IMG/VR virus record: IMGVR_UViG_3300046786_000121 | Coordinates: 31,829 to 95,828 of that record | From: a virus | Length of the DNA: 64,000 nt | Strand: one strand, 5' to 3' | Shown: positions 1 to 8,772 of the stretch, one piece after another | Layout of the letters: every line of letters begins with the position of its first letter | How positions within the stretch are numbered: the first letter of the stretch is position 1 | The notes under the pieces: model-generated | Told to the model about the DNA's origin: nothing | What the model saw: only the letters and a program-made list of their open reading frames with translations | The model's database searches: none | Made by a program: the position numbers and the translations under genes

Positions 1-2
1 CA

Positions 3-3000
3 TTTGGAAATAATAGATTCTTAGCTGTGGCAAGAGCAACTACTACTGCTGCATATAGCACAAACGGAACAACATGGACTTCTGTAGCACTTCCTACTAG
101 TGCTAACTGGAACTGTTCAGCGTTTGGTGATGATTCATTCCTTATTATTGCAGACGGTGGTACACAGGCATTAACATCATTTAGTGGTGAGACAGGAAGT
201 TGGGTTGACAGAACACTATCTGCAACATCTACTTGGGAAGAAGTTGCCTATGGTAACTTATCAGGAATTGGTAGATTTGCAGTAGTTGGAGCAACTAACG
301 CAGCTATGAGCATTGATTTACAATCAGCAAACCATCAGCTAGCAACTGGTCCACACGTAGTTACACAAGTACCAAGCGCAACAAGTATTAGATATCCTGC
401 AAGAACAACGGGAACAATTAATACTACCGCAGGTCTAACCGGAGTATTATATGCCCGTCCAGATAGCTTCTTTACACATAGACCATTTGACGGTGGTGTA
501 CAATTAGGCACAGGTAATCCAAGTCATGGTGCTCAAGCAATTCGTCAAAGTAAAAAGTATATTCGTTACCAATCTGGTAAAGGTATGATGTATACAACAG
601 GCGGATTATTTGCACCTAGCTATAATTTATCATCTGCAATTGCATTAAACACAGAAGTTAATAGTATTATTACATTTACATGTGATGATACTGATCACGG
701 ATTACAACCAGGAGCAGAAATCGAAATTATCGGAATGGTTTCGTTTGAATTTAACGGTGATTACATAGTTGAAAGCATTGTGGATGCTAGAAGTTTCCGA
801 GTAAGATCACATAGTGTCTTAAGCAGTACATCTGGATCATTAGGTACAGATTCTAAAGTAGTTCTAAAACGTTGGCATGGAGCCACTGTTCGCATTGGAG
901 CATTTGACGAACAAAACGGATTATTCTATCAATATGATGGACAAGAGATGGCTGTTGTTAAACGTAGTAGTACAAATCAATTGTCTGGAACTGTATCGGT
1001 TAATATAGAAAGCAATGCAGTTACTGGCATAGGTACAAGGTTCCAAGATCAATTAAAGGTCGGCGATAAAGTTGTATTACGCGGTATGAGTCATATTGTT
1101 ACTAGTATCTTAAACCAAACACAACTAACATTTGCACCTGATTGGCGCGGTGCTAACAGTATTGTTGGCGCAAGATTGTGTATAACTCAAGACTTGATTA
1201 TTAAACAAAGTGACTGGAACATGGATCCAATTGATGGAACAGGTCCAAGCGGGTATAACATGCTTCCATGGCGCATGCAGATGTTGGGTATGCAGTATTC
1301 TTGGTACGCGGCTGGTTTTATTGAATGGATGTTGAGAGGTCCAGACGGTAAGTTTGTATTCCTACATAGACTTCGTAACTCAAACGTTAACACAGAAGCA
1401 TATATGCGTACTGCTAACTTACCAGTACGTTATGAAGTTGAAAATGCTAGTGCAAAAAGCAAATTAGTTGCACAGATGTCCGCTGGACAAAATACTATGT
1501 CATTAACAGATGCTAGTAGATTCCCAACTACAGGCATTGTTTATGTTGATAATGAATTAATTTCTTACTCTGGAAAAACTGGAAACACATTAACTGGTTG
1601 TACTAGAGCAGCTTCTATGACTGCTTTTACAGCAGGACAGAACAGAACATTTACCGCAGGATCACCAAGCATACACTTAGTTAACAGCGGAGTTTCTTTA
1701 GTTAGCTGTACCACAAGTCCAACAATTAGTCACTGGGGTAGTGCGTTATTAATTGACGGTATGTTTGATTCAGATCGTGGTTACATCTTTAACTACGCTG
1801 GTACTGGTTTAAGTATTAGTACATCTAAACAAACAGCATTTATGATTCGACTAGCTCCTAGTGTTTCAAACGCACTTGTTGGTGATTTAGGTGAGAGAGA
1901 TTTGTTAAACAGAGCGCAGCTATTGTTAAATGAAATTGGATTAACAGCAGACAGTGGTACAGGTGCTATTGTTGTTGAAGGTATTTTAAATCCTAAGAAT
2001 TATCCAACTGATCCAACAAAGATTACATGGACTGGATTAAGCTCACAAGCTGCTGGTGGACAACCTAGCTTTGCACAAATTGCACTAGGTGGTTCTATTA
2101 ACTGGGGTGGTGTTGGAGCTACAACTTCAACTGCAACAGTGCAAGGTGCATTAACAACTAGTTTAGTTGCTAGATCGTTTAGTACAGTAACTAATAACGT
2201 TACAGCGGTTGCTAACCCTTCTGGAGTATCCGGTTATGCGTTAGCTATTCAAAGCGGTAGAAGTGATTTCTTAATTACAAATGCACAATACGATGCATTA
2301 CTGTCAACAACACCAATGCGTGTTGGTGATAGTTTAGCAGCAACAACATATATTACTGGTGGACAAACTATTACTTCTATTACTAGAGCATATCAATCGT
2401 CTAATTTTACACAGATTGTTATGAGTTCACCTGCTAACGTGTCTACTCCTCCAGGAAATACTGGCACTGTTGCAGTAAGTGCAAGTACTTCTATATCCTA
2501 TGCTAGAGCATTCAGCGTAGGTAGAAACGACTTCTTGGTAACAGATTCGGATTATGTAGCAAGTTACGCAGCAAACGGCGATTCGATCTCCGTTGGAAGT
2601 TACCTTGTTGCAGGACAAACTATTGTAAGTTCATCTCCGGGATATGCACTTGTATCGGGTGTTTCTTATACTCGTGTTGTTGTAAGCACAGCGGCCAATG
2701 CAACTAGCAACGCAGGAAGTGGTAACAACGTGACAACTACAGTTACAGCATCTGGAACTGCATCGTCATACGCTAGCACCAACTATCTGTTCTTTAATAG
2801 TGCATCATGGAATGCTTCGGGTGCATCTGTCGGTACTCGAGTAGCTACCAGCTTTACACAGTTTCCGGCGGGTACTGCGGTGAGTGCAGTAACGACACGA
2901 AGACTAGGAACTACAACAGTTATTAGAGCAACGTTTACTCAGAACTCTAATGCAACAATCGCTGCCGCAGCAACAGCTACATTCCAATTTGGTGATCCGC

Positions 3001-3221
3001 AGTATGCGTTACCGGGCGAACAGGTATTTTCTTTCGTAGCTAACCCTGGTAACACAACAAGTTTGGATTTAACAGAATTGAAAGAATTGACTACAACTGC
3101 GATCGGTGGACGTGGTGCGTTCCCGAATGGACCTGACGTATTAGCTATTAATATCTATAAGGTAACAGGAACAGCAACACCGGGTTCAGTTATTCTTCGT
3201 TGGGGAGAGGCGCAGGCTTAA
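3..3221 (+). CDS. Large virion structural protein (tail/baseplate-associated), 5'-truncated by window edge
   Basis: Frame is open from position 3 (FGNNRFLAV...). Beta-propeller-like N-terminal repeats, Ser/Thr/Gly-rich, three ~85-aa internal repeats, C-terminal WGEAQA typical of large structural proteins of T4-like aquatic phages. Confidence 0.75.
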   Translation, partial: FGNNRFLAVARATTTAAYSTNGTTWTSVALPTSANWNCSAFGDDSFLIIADGGTQALTSFSGETGSWVDRTLSATSTWEEVAYGNLSGIGRFAVVGATNAAMSIDLQSANHQLATGPHVVTQVPSATSIRYPARTTGTINTTAGLTGVLYARPDSFFTHRPFDGGVQLGTGNPSHGAQAIRQSKKYIRYQSGKGMMYTTGGLFAPSYNLSSAIALNTEVNSIITFTCDDTDHGLQPGAEIEIIGMVSFEFNGDYIVESIVDARSFRVRSHSVLSSTSGSLGTDSKVVLKRWHGATVRIGAFDEQNGLFYQYDGQEMAVVKRSSTNQLSGTVSVNIESNAVTGIGTRFQDQLKVGDKVVLRGMSHIVTSILNQTQLTFAPDWRGANSIVGARLCITQDLIIKQSDWNMDPIDGTGPSGYNMLPWRMQMLGMQYSWYAAGFIEWMLRGPDGKFVFLHRLRNSNVNTEAYMRTANLPVRYEVENASAKSKLVAQMSAGQNTMSLTDASRFPTTGIVYVDNELISYSGKTGNTLTGCTRAASMTAFTAGQNRTFTAGSPSIHLVNSGVSLVSCTTSPTISHWGSALLIDGMFDSDRGYIFNYAGTGLSISTSKQTAFMIRLAPSVSNALVGDLGERDLLNRAQLLLNEIGLTADSGTGAIVVEGILNPKNYPTDPTKITWTGLSSQAAGGQPSFAQIALGGSINWGGVGATTSTATVQGALTTSLVARSFSTVTNNVTAVANPSGVSGYALAIQSGRSDFLITNAQYDALLSTTPMRVGDSLAATTYITGGQTITSITRAYQSSNFTQIVMSSPANVSTPPGNTGTVAVSASTSISYARAFSVGRNDFLVTDSDYVASYAANGDSISVGSYLVAGQTIVSSSPGYALVSGVSYTRVVVSTAANATSNAGSGNNVTTTVTASGTASSYASTNYLFFNSASWNASGASVGTRVATSFTQFPAGTAVSAVTTRRLGTTTVIRATFTQNSNATIAAAATATFQFGDPQYALPGEQVFSFVANPGNTTSLDLTELKELTTTAIGGRGAFPNGPDVLAINIYKVTGTATPGSVILRWGEAQA

Positions 3222-3498
3222 CAATATATTTGGATCGTTCCCAGTTGGAAATTTTCGAATCCAACGATTTCTTAATAGAAATAATGTTAGTTCGAATATC
3301 ACCAATTTCCGTTGGGATCCTTCCAGATATTAGAAGCTGTTCGTGATTTCGATCAATATAGCCGACTTGTTCTTTTAATCTTAAAAGAAGGTCGGCTAAT
3401 TCTTTTTGTAAACTAGAATCTTCAATCTTAGAAATCTTTTCTTGATAATTTCTATAGTCTTCTAAGAATTTTTTATTTGTTTGTAGGGTAGGAATCAT
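3190..3498 (-). CDS. Hypothetical coiled-coil protein
   Basis: ORF coupled to the upstream minus-strand gene; ATG at 3498; overlaps gene 1 tail-to-tail by 32 bp. Confidence 0.6.
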   Translation of the reverse strand: MIPTLQTNKKFLEDYRNYQEKISKIEDSSLQKELADLLLRLKEQVGYIDRNHEQLLISGRIPTEIGDIRTNIISIKKSLDSKISNWERSKYIVKPAPLPNEE

Positions 3499-3868
3499 TT
3501 TCAAGCACCAATATAGTATCTAATTTTGCGCGAATTAGTTGATTATTTAAGGTTGTTTTTAAACCAGTATGCAAATTTTTTGGAAGCGAATCTAGTTGCG
3601 CCCAACATATAGTTTGATCTTTATTTGCTAGGAATTCTTGATCAACTAAGCATACATAAGTTCCGTACTCAAATCCTCTATCTTCACTAAGATAAAGTTC
3701 AATAGGAAGTATCCTACCGCTTGAGTATTGTTGTAAGAGTGGCTGAACATCTTCTAGCAAAGAATTAGTCCTAGCAAAAGTAGGAACTGTCCATTTTTCT
3801 TGTTCTAATAACAAGAAAATTCTACCACTATGTTTGTCTAAAAATAATAATCCGGCACGCTGTTGCAT
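3473..3868 (-). CDS. Nudix-fold-like protein lacking the Nudix box
   Basis: AGLLF...RIFLLL...W; LPIELY...FEYGTY..LVDQEF...W..LDSLPK.LH.G resembles phage Nudix proteins; start re-called 5 nt downstream of TAAGTA. Confidence 0.5.
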   Translation of the reverse strand: MQQRAGLLFLDKHSGRIFLLLEQEKWTVPTFARTNSLLEDVQPLLQQYSSGRILPIELYLSEDRGFEYGTYVCLVDQEFLANKDQTICWAQLDSLPKNLHTGLKTTLNNQLIRAKLDTILVLENDSYPTNK

Positions 3869-3876
3869 GCACATAC

Positions 3877-5499
3877 TTATACCGGATCTAGAGCTAGTCT
3901 CCAGTAACCTGATGCGTATTCGCCCTCAAAGCTCTTATACCATTGTCCACCATCGGCCCAACGATATTGTATTCCTGTTTTTAAATTTTGGAATATTAAA
4001 CTTGTAGGTGTAAATTTACTATTATCTGAAGGAATTATTGTATTATCAAGCTCGCTGATATCTGCATTAGCTTTATAAGCAACACCGTCATAGATAACTA
4101 TTTCTCCAGTTGCATAAACAATACCGCTACCGACTGGATAAGTTGATAATTCCCACATCGGTAATAAATCAATCCACGCAGAGCCGTTCCATTCTACAAT
4201 AGTATTTGCACGAATTACAGGATCAGAGTTGTTGTCATTTTTCCAGGCATCCGGGCCGTCATAATTGTAATATGTTGGCCTGTCAATAGTTGTTCCATTA
4301 TTGCTGCTATTGTTAACATCATCTAATACTAGATATCGTGTACCGGCAGCAATTGTTTGATCTGACTCTTCTTTATTTGGGCGTTTAGGATTAAACTTGT
4401 AAGGATCTACGATTGCATCGATCGTTGTTCTTCCACTAGGATATGTTTCGCTAATGATAACAGTATTAGAAGGTTTATCTTCGATAGTAACTAACATGAA
4501 TGTAGGATCTACTTCGTTGACTGTAAATGTTCCGCCAATTTCGCTACCATCTGGTTGTAAGAAATAAATCTTGCTGATGCCAGGAACATATCCGCCATAC
4601 AGATCTAAGATTTTAGACCAATCAATCCTATCACCTTGTTTTGATGGAACTGATAACCCAGTAGCTTCAACTACTTCACTTGGACTCACTATTGATAAAT
4701 CATAATCGTTTGTCTGACCGTTTGAACTCTTAAGTAAAAGCACACGCCAGTTACCTTCAACTTGTGGTAATCTAGCAGTAGCATCGCCGCCATATACTAA
4801 ATCGTCAAGACTCATTACATCACCAGACTCGGCAAATACATTCATTACTAAATTTCTAACAACACCTAGTTTCTTAACCTTAGTCGGTGGACTAATGTAT
4901 ATAGGCATATCAAACTCTAAGCTACATATATCAATCTCACTTTCTGTTCCTACAGGAATTGTTCTAGAACTAAAATTAAGAGATGAAAGATTTAAAACAC
5001 TTAGACTGGTCCAGTCGATATAATTGTCTGTGGTTTGGATTTCTAAACTAGGATTAAACAATACAAGAATTTGTTCAGTTAATTGTAACTTTTGATCAGT
5101 ATTACTAGTCCAAATGTCAGCCTTCATTTTTAATTTGAAAGGAGTTGGCATTAGACGTTCAACGGTGTATCCACCACCCTGATAATTTTTATAATCAACG
5201 CCGTCTGGTGTACTTTCCCAAGCACGTTCTCTAATGTTTAGCTTGCTAACAAAACTAGAATCGGATAATCTCGAAGTGTCCATTTCTAATCCAGTTATAT
5301 AACAACTAATTTTAGGAACACTTGGCATTTTATTTTCAGAGTTTTCTCTAATAATTGCAGCAACTTGCCTAGTCATGTCTCCGTATGTAACAGGTACAGT
5401 CTTGAGTGTACCGTCACCTGCTTGATATTTGAAGCCCATGAACACACGCATAAACTGTGTTACATATCTTCTTATCTGCCCATCATAAAAGAAATCCAT
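3877..5499 (-). CDS. Tail terminator / sheath stabilizer (T4 gp15-like) with C-terminal extension
   Basis: N-terminal FFYDGQIRRYVTQF...VPVTYG...P.IS..ITGLEMDTSR...QLTEQILVLFNP resembles gp15; adjacent to neck genes. Confidence 0.7.
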   Translation of the reverse strand: MDFFYDGQIRRYVTQFMRVFMGFKYQAGDGTLKTVPVTYGDMTRQVAAIIRENSENKMPSVPKISCYITGLEMDTSRLSDSSFVSKLNIRERAWESTPDGVDYKNYQGGGYTVERLMPTPFKLKMKADIWTSNTDQKLQLTEQILVLFNPSLEIQTTDNYIDWTSLSVLNLSSLNFSSRTIPVGTESEIDICSLEFDMPIYISPPTKVKKLGVVRNLVMNVFAESGDVMSLDDLVYGGDATARLPQVEGNWRVLLLKSSNGQTNDYDLSIVSPSEVVEATGLSVPSKQGDRIDWSKILDLYGGYVPGISKIYFLQPDGSEIGGTFTVNEVDPTFMLVTIEDKPSNTVIISETYPSGRTTIDAIVDPYKFNPKRPNKEESDQTIAAGTRYLVLDDVNNSSNNGTTIDRPTYYNYDGPDAWKNDNNSDPVIRANTIVEWNGSAWIDLLPMWELSTYPVGSGIVYATGEIVIYDGVAYKANADISELDNTIIPSDNSKFTPTSLIFQNLKTGIQYRWADGGQWYKSFEGEYASGYWRLALDPV

Positions 5500-6881
5500 T
5501 ATTCGTCCGCCTGTGGTCTAAGGGCTTTGCTCAAGCTCTGTTTCTCTTTCACTTGATGTCCGTTAATTGTATTAACATTATTGTTATTAATAAACGAAGT
5601 CTTGTGAGTCATTCTAATTTCACCCCATACTGTTGGGTGTGTTTCTGGATTAGTATTTGTATTAGCAGATCTTGCAACATAAACAATTCCTGCATATGTA
5701 ACCCTATCATTGATTACATATTCTGCAGAAGTAGTCCATGCTCCTTTATCTGTAGTTTTGTCGTAACCTTCATTGTTACTCATAGTCATTCTAGTCACAT
5801 CTTCTACCTTCATCCATCTTGTACCATTAAATCTAAACAAACGTCTAGGCAAATAATCTGTACGGAGATGATATTGTCCTTCGGTTGGCTGTAACGGGAA
5901 TGCAATTCCTGAAGTAAACGGAGCACCATTGGGAGGAATTCCATCTCCGTCACCTGTCATAGGTCCATCATAATTTGGACTTTGATAAACCGTAGATGCT
6001 GTAGATCCTACATAAATTGGATCTCCGTTACTATCAAATAACGGATTGCCGTTACCATCAGTTGCTTGTGTTTGCACACTTGCATCTAACACAGAATTAT
6101 CAGCAGTTACAAGTTCAACAGCACCGTCTGCATCTCGTTGAAGCATGTAATGTTTAGTTGTGTCATAACCACTCTTCGGAGCATCGAGTTCTGCTTGATC
6201 CAATACAGCTTGTGTAATCTGCATTTCTTTTTCGTATGTAGAAACAATATCTCTAAGAGTTGTTCCGTTTGGATCTGGATCACCGTTAGCATCTGTTTGC
6301 ACTTGATCAAGAATATCTTTGAATTCTTGGCTATCAACTAGCGGTTTACATTTTGCACGATATAGGTGTGGATACCAAGTTACAGAAAATCCTTCTGCTG
6401 CACGATTAACTTCTTCAACAACATAATATCGTTTTAACGCATATTGCAAATCATTATAAGCATACTCATCTTTTAAGTGAGGTAATTCGATTACATCACC
6501 ACTCATAATCTTACGACCAAGTTTTTCTACTGTATCGTTGATATGAAATGTGATAAAAATTGTATCATTTTGCAAGAATAAACCGAACTGACTCAAGTTA
6601 AAATCAATATCTGTTAGACTATAAACTCCACGTAGTAGGTATATGTCCGGATCATATTTGCGATCTCTATTCTCAAGAAACAACATATCTTGTATCTGAA
6701 AAGGATCGGTAGAATTATAAGTAGGAGTCGTAGGAGTATTGCCCTGTACAGAGCTTCCTGGTCCTAGGTACTTGTGTACAAATACATCAGTACCCCCAAT
6801 CTGGAACATCTCCCAAACGGATTTATCGATGAATTTAAAGTCATTTCCCTTTTGGGGACGGTATAGGCTTAATCTTGGCAT
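5499..6881 (-). CDS. Neck/head-closure protein (T4 gp14-like) with CBM5/12-like module
   Basis: LSQFGLFL..D.IFITFH...GDVIELPHL...YVVEEV pattern; start re-called to ATG 6881 (MPRLSLYR). Confidence 0.6.
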   Translation of the reverse strand: MPRLSLYRPQKGNDFKFIDKSVWEMFQIGGTDVFVHKYLGPGSSVQGNTPTTPTYNSTDPFQIQDMLFLENRDRKYDPDIYLLRGVYSLTDIDFNLSQFGLFLQNDTIFITFHINDTVEKLGRKIMSGDVIELPHLKDEYAYNDLQYALKRYYVVEEVNRAAEGFSVTWYPHLYRAKCKPLVDSQEFKDILDQVQTDANGDPDPNGTTLRDIVSTYEKEMQITQAVLDQAELDAPKSGYDTTKHYMLQRDADGAVELVTADNSVLDASVQTQATDGNGNPLFDSNGDPIYVGSTASTVYQSPNYDGPMTGDGDGIPPNGAPFTSGIAFPLQPTEGQYHLRTDYLPRRLFRFNGTRWMKVEDVTRMTMSNNEGYDKTTDKGAWTTSAEYVINDRVTYAGIVYVARSANTNTNPETHPTVWGEIRMTHKTSFINNNNVNTINGHQVKEKQSLSKALRPQADE

Positions 6882-6888
6882 AGTCATA

Positions 6889-6909
6889 TATTTAGCGGTG
6901 CGATAAATA
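6889..6909. promoter_or_regulatory. Back-to-back late promoters for the divergent neck genes
   Basis: TATTTA (6889-94) and TAAATA (6904-09) in a 33-bp intergenic gap. Confidence 0.7.
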
Positions 6910-6914
6910 ACAGT

Positions 6915-7673
6915 ATGAGCCAAATAGATCAATCCAGAGAACAGGTATACACTTACTGCAAAACCATGCTGGGCGACGGCATGATTGATGTAGAGCTAGA
7001 CCCTATACATTATCAAACCGCGCTAGATCGTTCTCTAGCAGTATTTCGTCAACGCAGCGATAACGCTGTTGAGGAAAGCTATGCGTTTTTGACCCTTAAT
7101 CAGGACCAAAACGAGTATATTCTTCCAAAAGAAATACAACAAGTTCGACAGATTTTTAGACGTAGTATTGGTTCTAGAACCGGTAATGGCTCTGGTGGTA
7201 CTGTTTTTGAACCATTTAACTTAGCCTATACAAACACTTATTTGTTAAGCTCAACCAACATGGGTGGATTATTAACCTACGAATTGTTCAGCCAATATCA
7301 GGAACTTGTTGGAAAAATGTTTGGTAGTTTTATTAACTTTACTTGGCAACCTCAAAGCCGTAAGTTAATGATTCAGCAGCGTCCTCGAGGTGGTGAAGAA
7401 GTTATGCTTTGGGTCTATAATACAAAACCTGACTTTGCTATTATCGAAGATACCTATGCAGGACAATGGATTAAAGACTACACACTTGCAAATTGCAAGA
7501 TGATGGTAGGACAAGCTCGTGAAAAGTTTGCACAACTAGCAGGGCCACAGGGCGGATCTAGCTTAAATGGCGCACAAATGAAATCTGAAGCTACAGCAGA
7601 TTTAGAAAGATTAACCAAAGAACTTGAAACCTATATTCCGGGCGGTACAGGATATAGCTGGATTATTGGTTAA
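6915..7673 (+). CDS. Neck protein (T4 gp13-like)
   Basis: YCKTMLG...IDVELD...WIKDYTLA.CKMM.GQAR.KF..LAGPQGG.SLNG pattern. Confidence 0.75.
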   Translation: MSQIDQSREQVYTYCKTMLGDGMIDVELDPIHYQTALDRSLAVFRQRSDNAVEESYAFLTLNQDQNEYILPKEIQQVRQIFRRSIGSRTGNGSGGTVFEPFNLAYTNTYLLSSTNMGGLLTYELFSQYQELVGKMFGSFINFTWQPQSRKLMIQQRPRGGEEVMLWVYNTKPDFAIIEDTYAGQWIKDYTLANCKMMVGQAREKFAQLAGPQGGSSLNGAQMKSEATADLERLTKELETYIPGGTGYSWIIG

Positions 7674-7680
7674 TTATTCG

Positions 7681-7709
7681 TTGACTTCTATTCTCTAATA
7701 CTTTACACT
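7681..7709 (+). promoter_or_regulatory. sigma70 promoter for dNMP kinase
   Basis: TTGACT-17-TACACT, SD GAGGAG downstream. Confidence 0.7.
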
Positions 7710-7729
7710 ATATCTAGTGAGGAGACATT

Positions 7730-8386
7730 ATGATTATAGGAGTCTGCGGATTTATAGGCAGCGGTAAAGATACTATTGCTGATTACCTAGTTAATTTCCA
7801 TGAATTTAGAAGAGAAAGTTTTGCATCTACTCTAAAAGATGCAGTAGCAGCAGTGTTCGGCTGGGATAGAACAATGCTAGAAGGGCGCACTAAAGAAGCC
7901 CGGGAGTGGAGAGAGCAAGTCGATCCGTGGTGGGCAGCTAGACTAGATATGCCTACATTAACTCCTAGATGGATCCTACAATACTGGGGTACTGAAGTTT
8001 GTCGTAAAGCATTTCACGATGATATTTGGATTGCTAGTTTAGAAAACAAACTTCGCACAAGTAAAGATAACGTGGTTGTAAGTGACTGTCGTTTTCCTAA
8101 CGAAATTGCAGCAATTAAAGCACAGGGCGGAAAGATTGTTTGGGTTCAACGAGGTAATTTGCCCGAGTGGTATGATATTGCTGTGCAGGCAAATTTAGGG
8201 CATAATTGGGCAGTGCAAGAGCTCAAAATGAAGAAGATCCATGCTAGTGAAACAAGTTGGGTTGGAACAGACTTTGATGCTATAGTTGATAACAACGGAA
8301 CCATTGACGATTTGTATAAGCAGTCCGCAGCTCTAATAGTCAGCAGTGAGGTCTCCCTGACGCCAAGTAATACCTTCTTTGCCTAG
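7730..8386 (+). CDS. Deoxynucleoside monophosphate kinase (T4 gp1-like)
   Basis: MIIGVCGFIGSGKDT P-loop; TPRWILQYWGTE; SDCRFPNE; HASE. Confidence 0.92.
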   Translation: MIIGVCGFIGSGKDTIADYLVNFHEFRRESFASTLKDAVAAVFGWDRTMLEGRTKEAREWREQVDPWWAARLDMPTLTPRWILQYWGTEVCRKAFHDDIWIASLENKLRTSKDNVVVSDCRFPNEIAAIKAQGGKIVWVQRGNLPEWYDIAVQANLGHNWAVQELKMKKIHASETSWVGTDFDAIVDNNGTIDDLYKQSAALIVSSEVSLTPSNTFFA

Positions 8387-8668
8387 TATTTGAGCACAAT
8401 TACTGCATACAGTTTTTAAATTTGTAGTTCGGCAATTATCCAAATTGCCGTCTACATGAAACACTTTGAATACTTCTTTGTGTGGACTCTTAAACCCACA
8501 CTTATCGCATTGTAGTTTGAGCTTGTATCCTGCCCTTGCCCATCTTGGAATTCCGTGATACAAACCATGGGCTGAGCAGACTTCACACAAACTTCTATAG
8601 TAAGTTCGTCCGTTTTTCTTATAATTTACAGCACGGGGGCGTTGTTCGCACCTACAAAGCGGTCTCAT
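8333..8668 (-). CDS. Zn-finger / HNH-like protein
   Basis: CxC, CxxC, CDKCG...HVDGNLDN....NLKTVCSNC; TAAATA 5 nt upstream of ATG. Confidence 0.7.
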   Translation of the reverse strand: MRPLCRCEQRPRAVNYKKNGRTYYRSLCEVCSAHGLYHGIPRWARAGYKLKLQCDKCGFKSPHKEVFKVFHVDGNLDNCRTTNLKTVCSNCAQILGKEGITWRQGDLTADY

Positions 8669-8772
8669 ACTAATATTTACACCTTTTCAATCCCTTTTCC
8701 GAACGGTATAACAAGCCAATTTTAGCAGATACCGCTAAATAATATGAGCAACTATTACCAGGAGATTAGGGA

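Noticed and set aside
8333-8668. Mobile homing endonuclease
   Set aside because: Short, with a degenerate HNH and its own late promoter; more likely a resident packaging-associated protein
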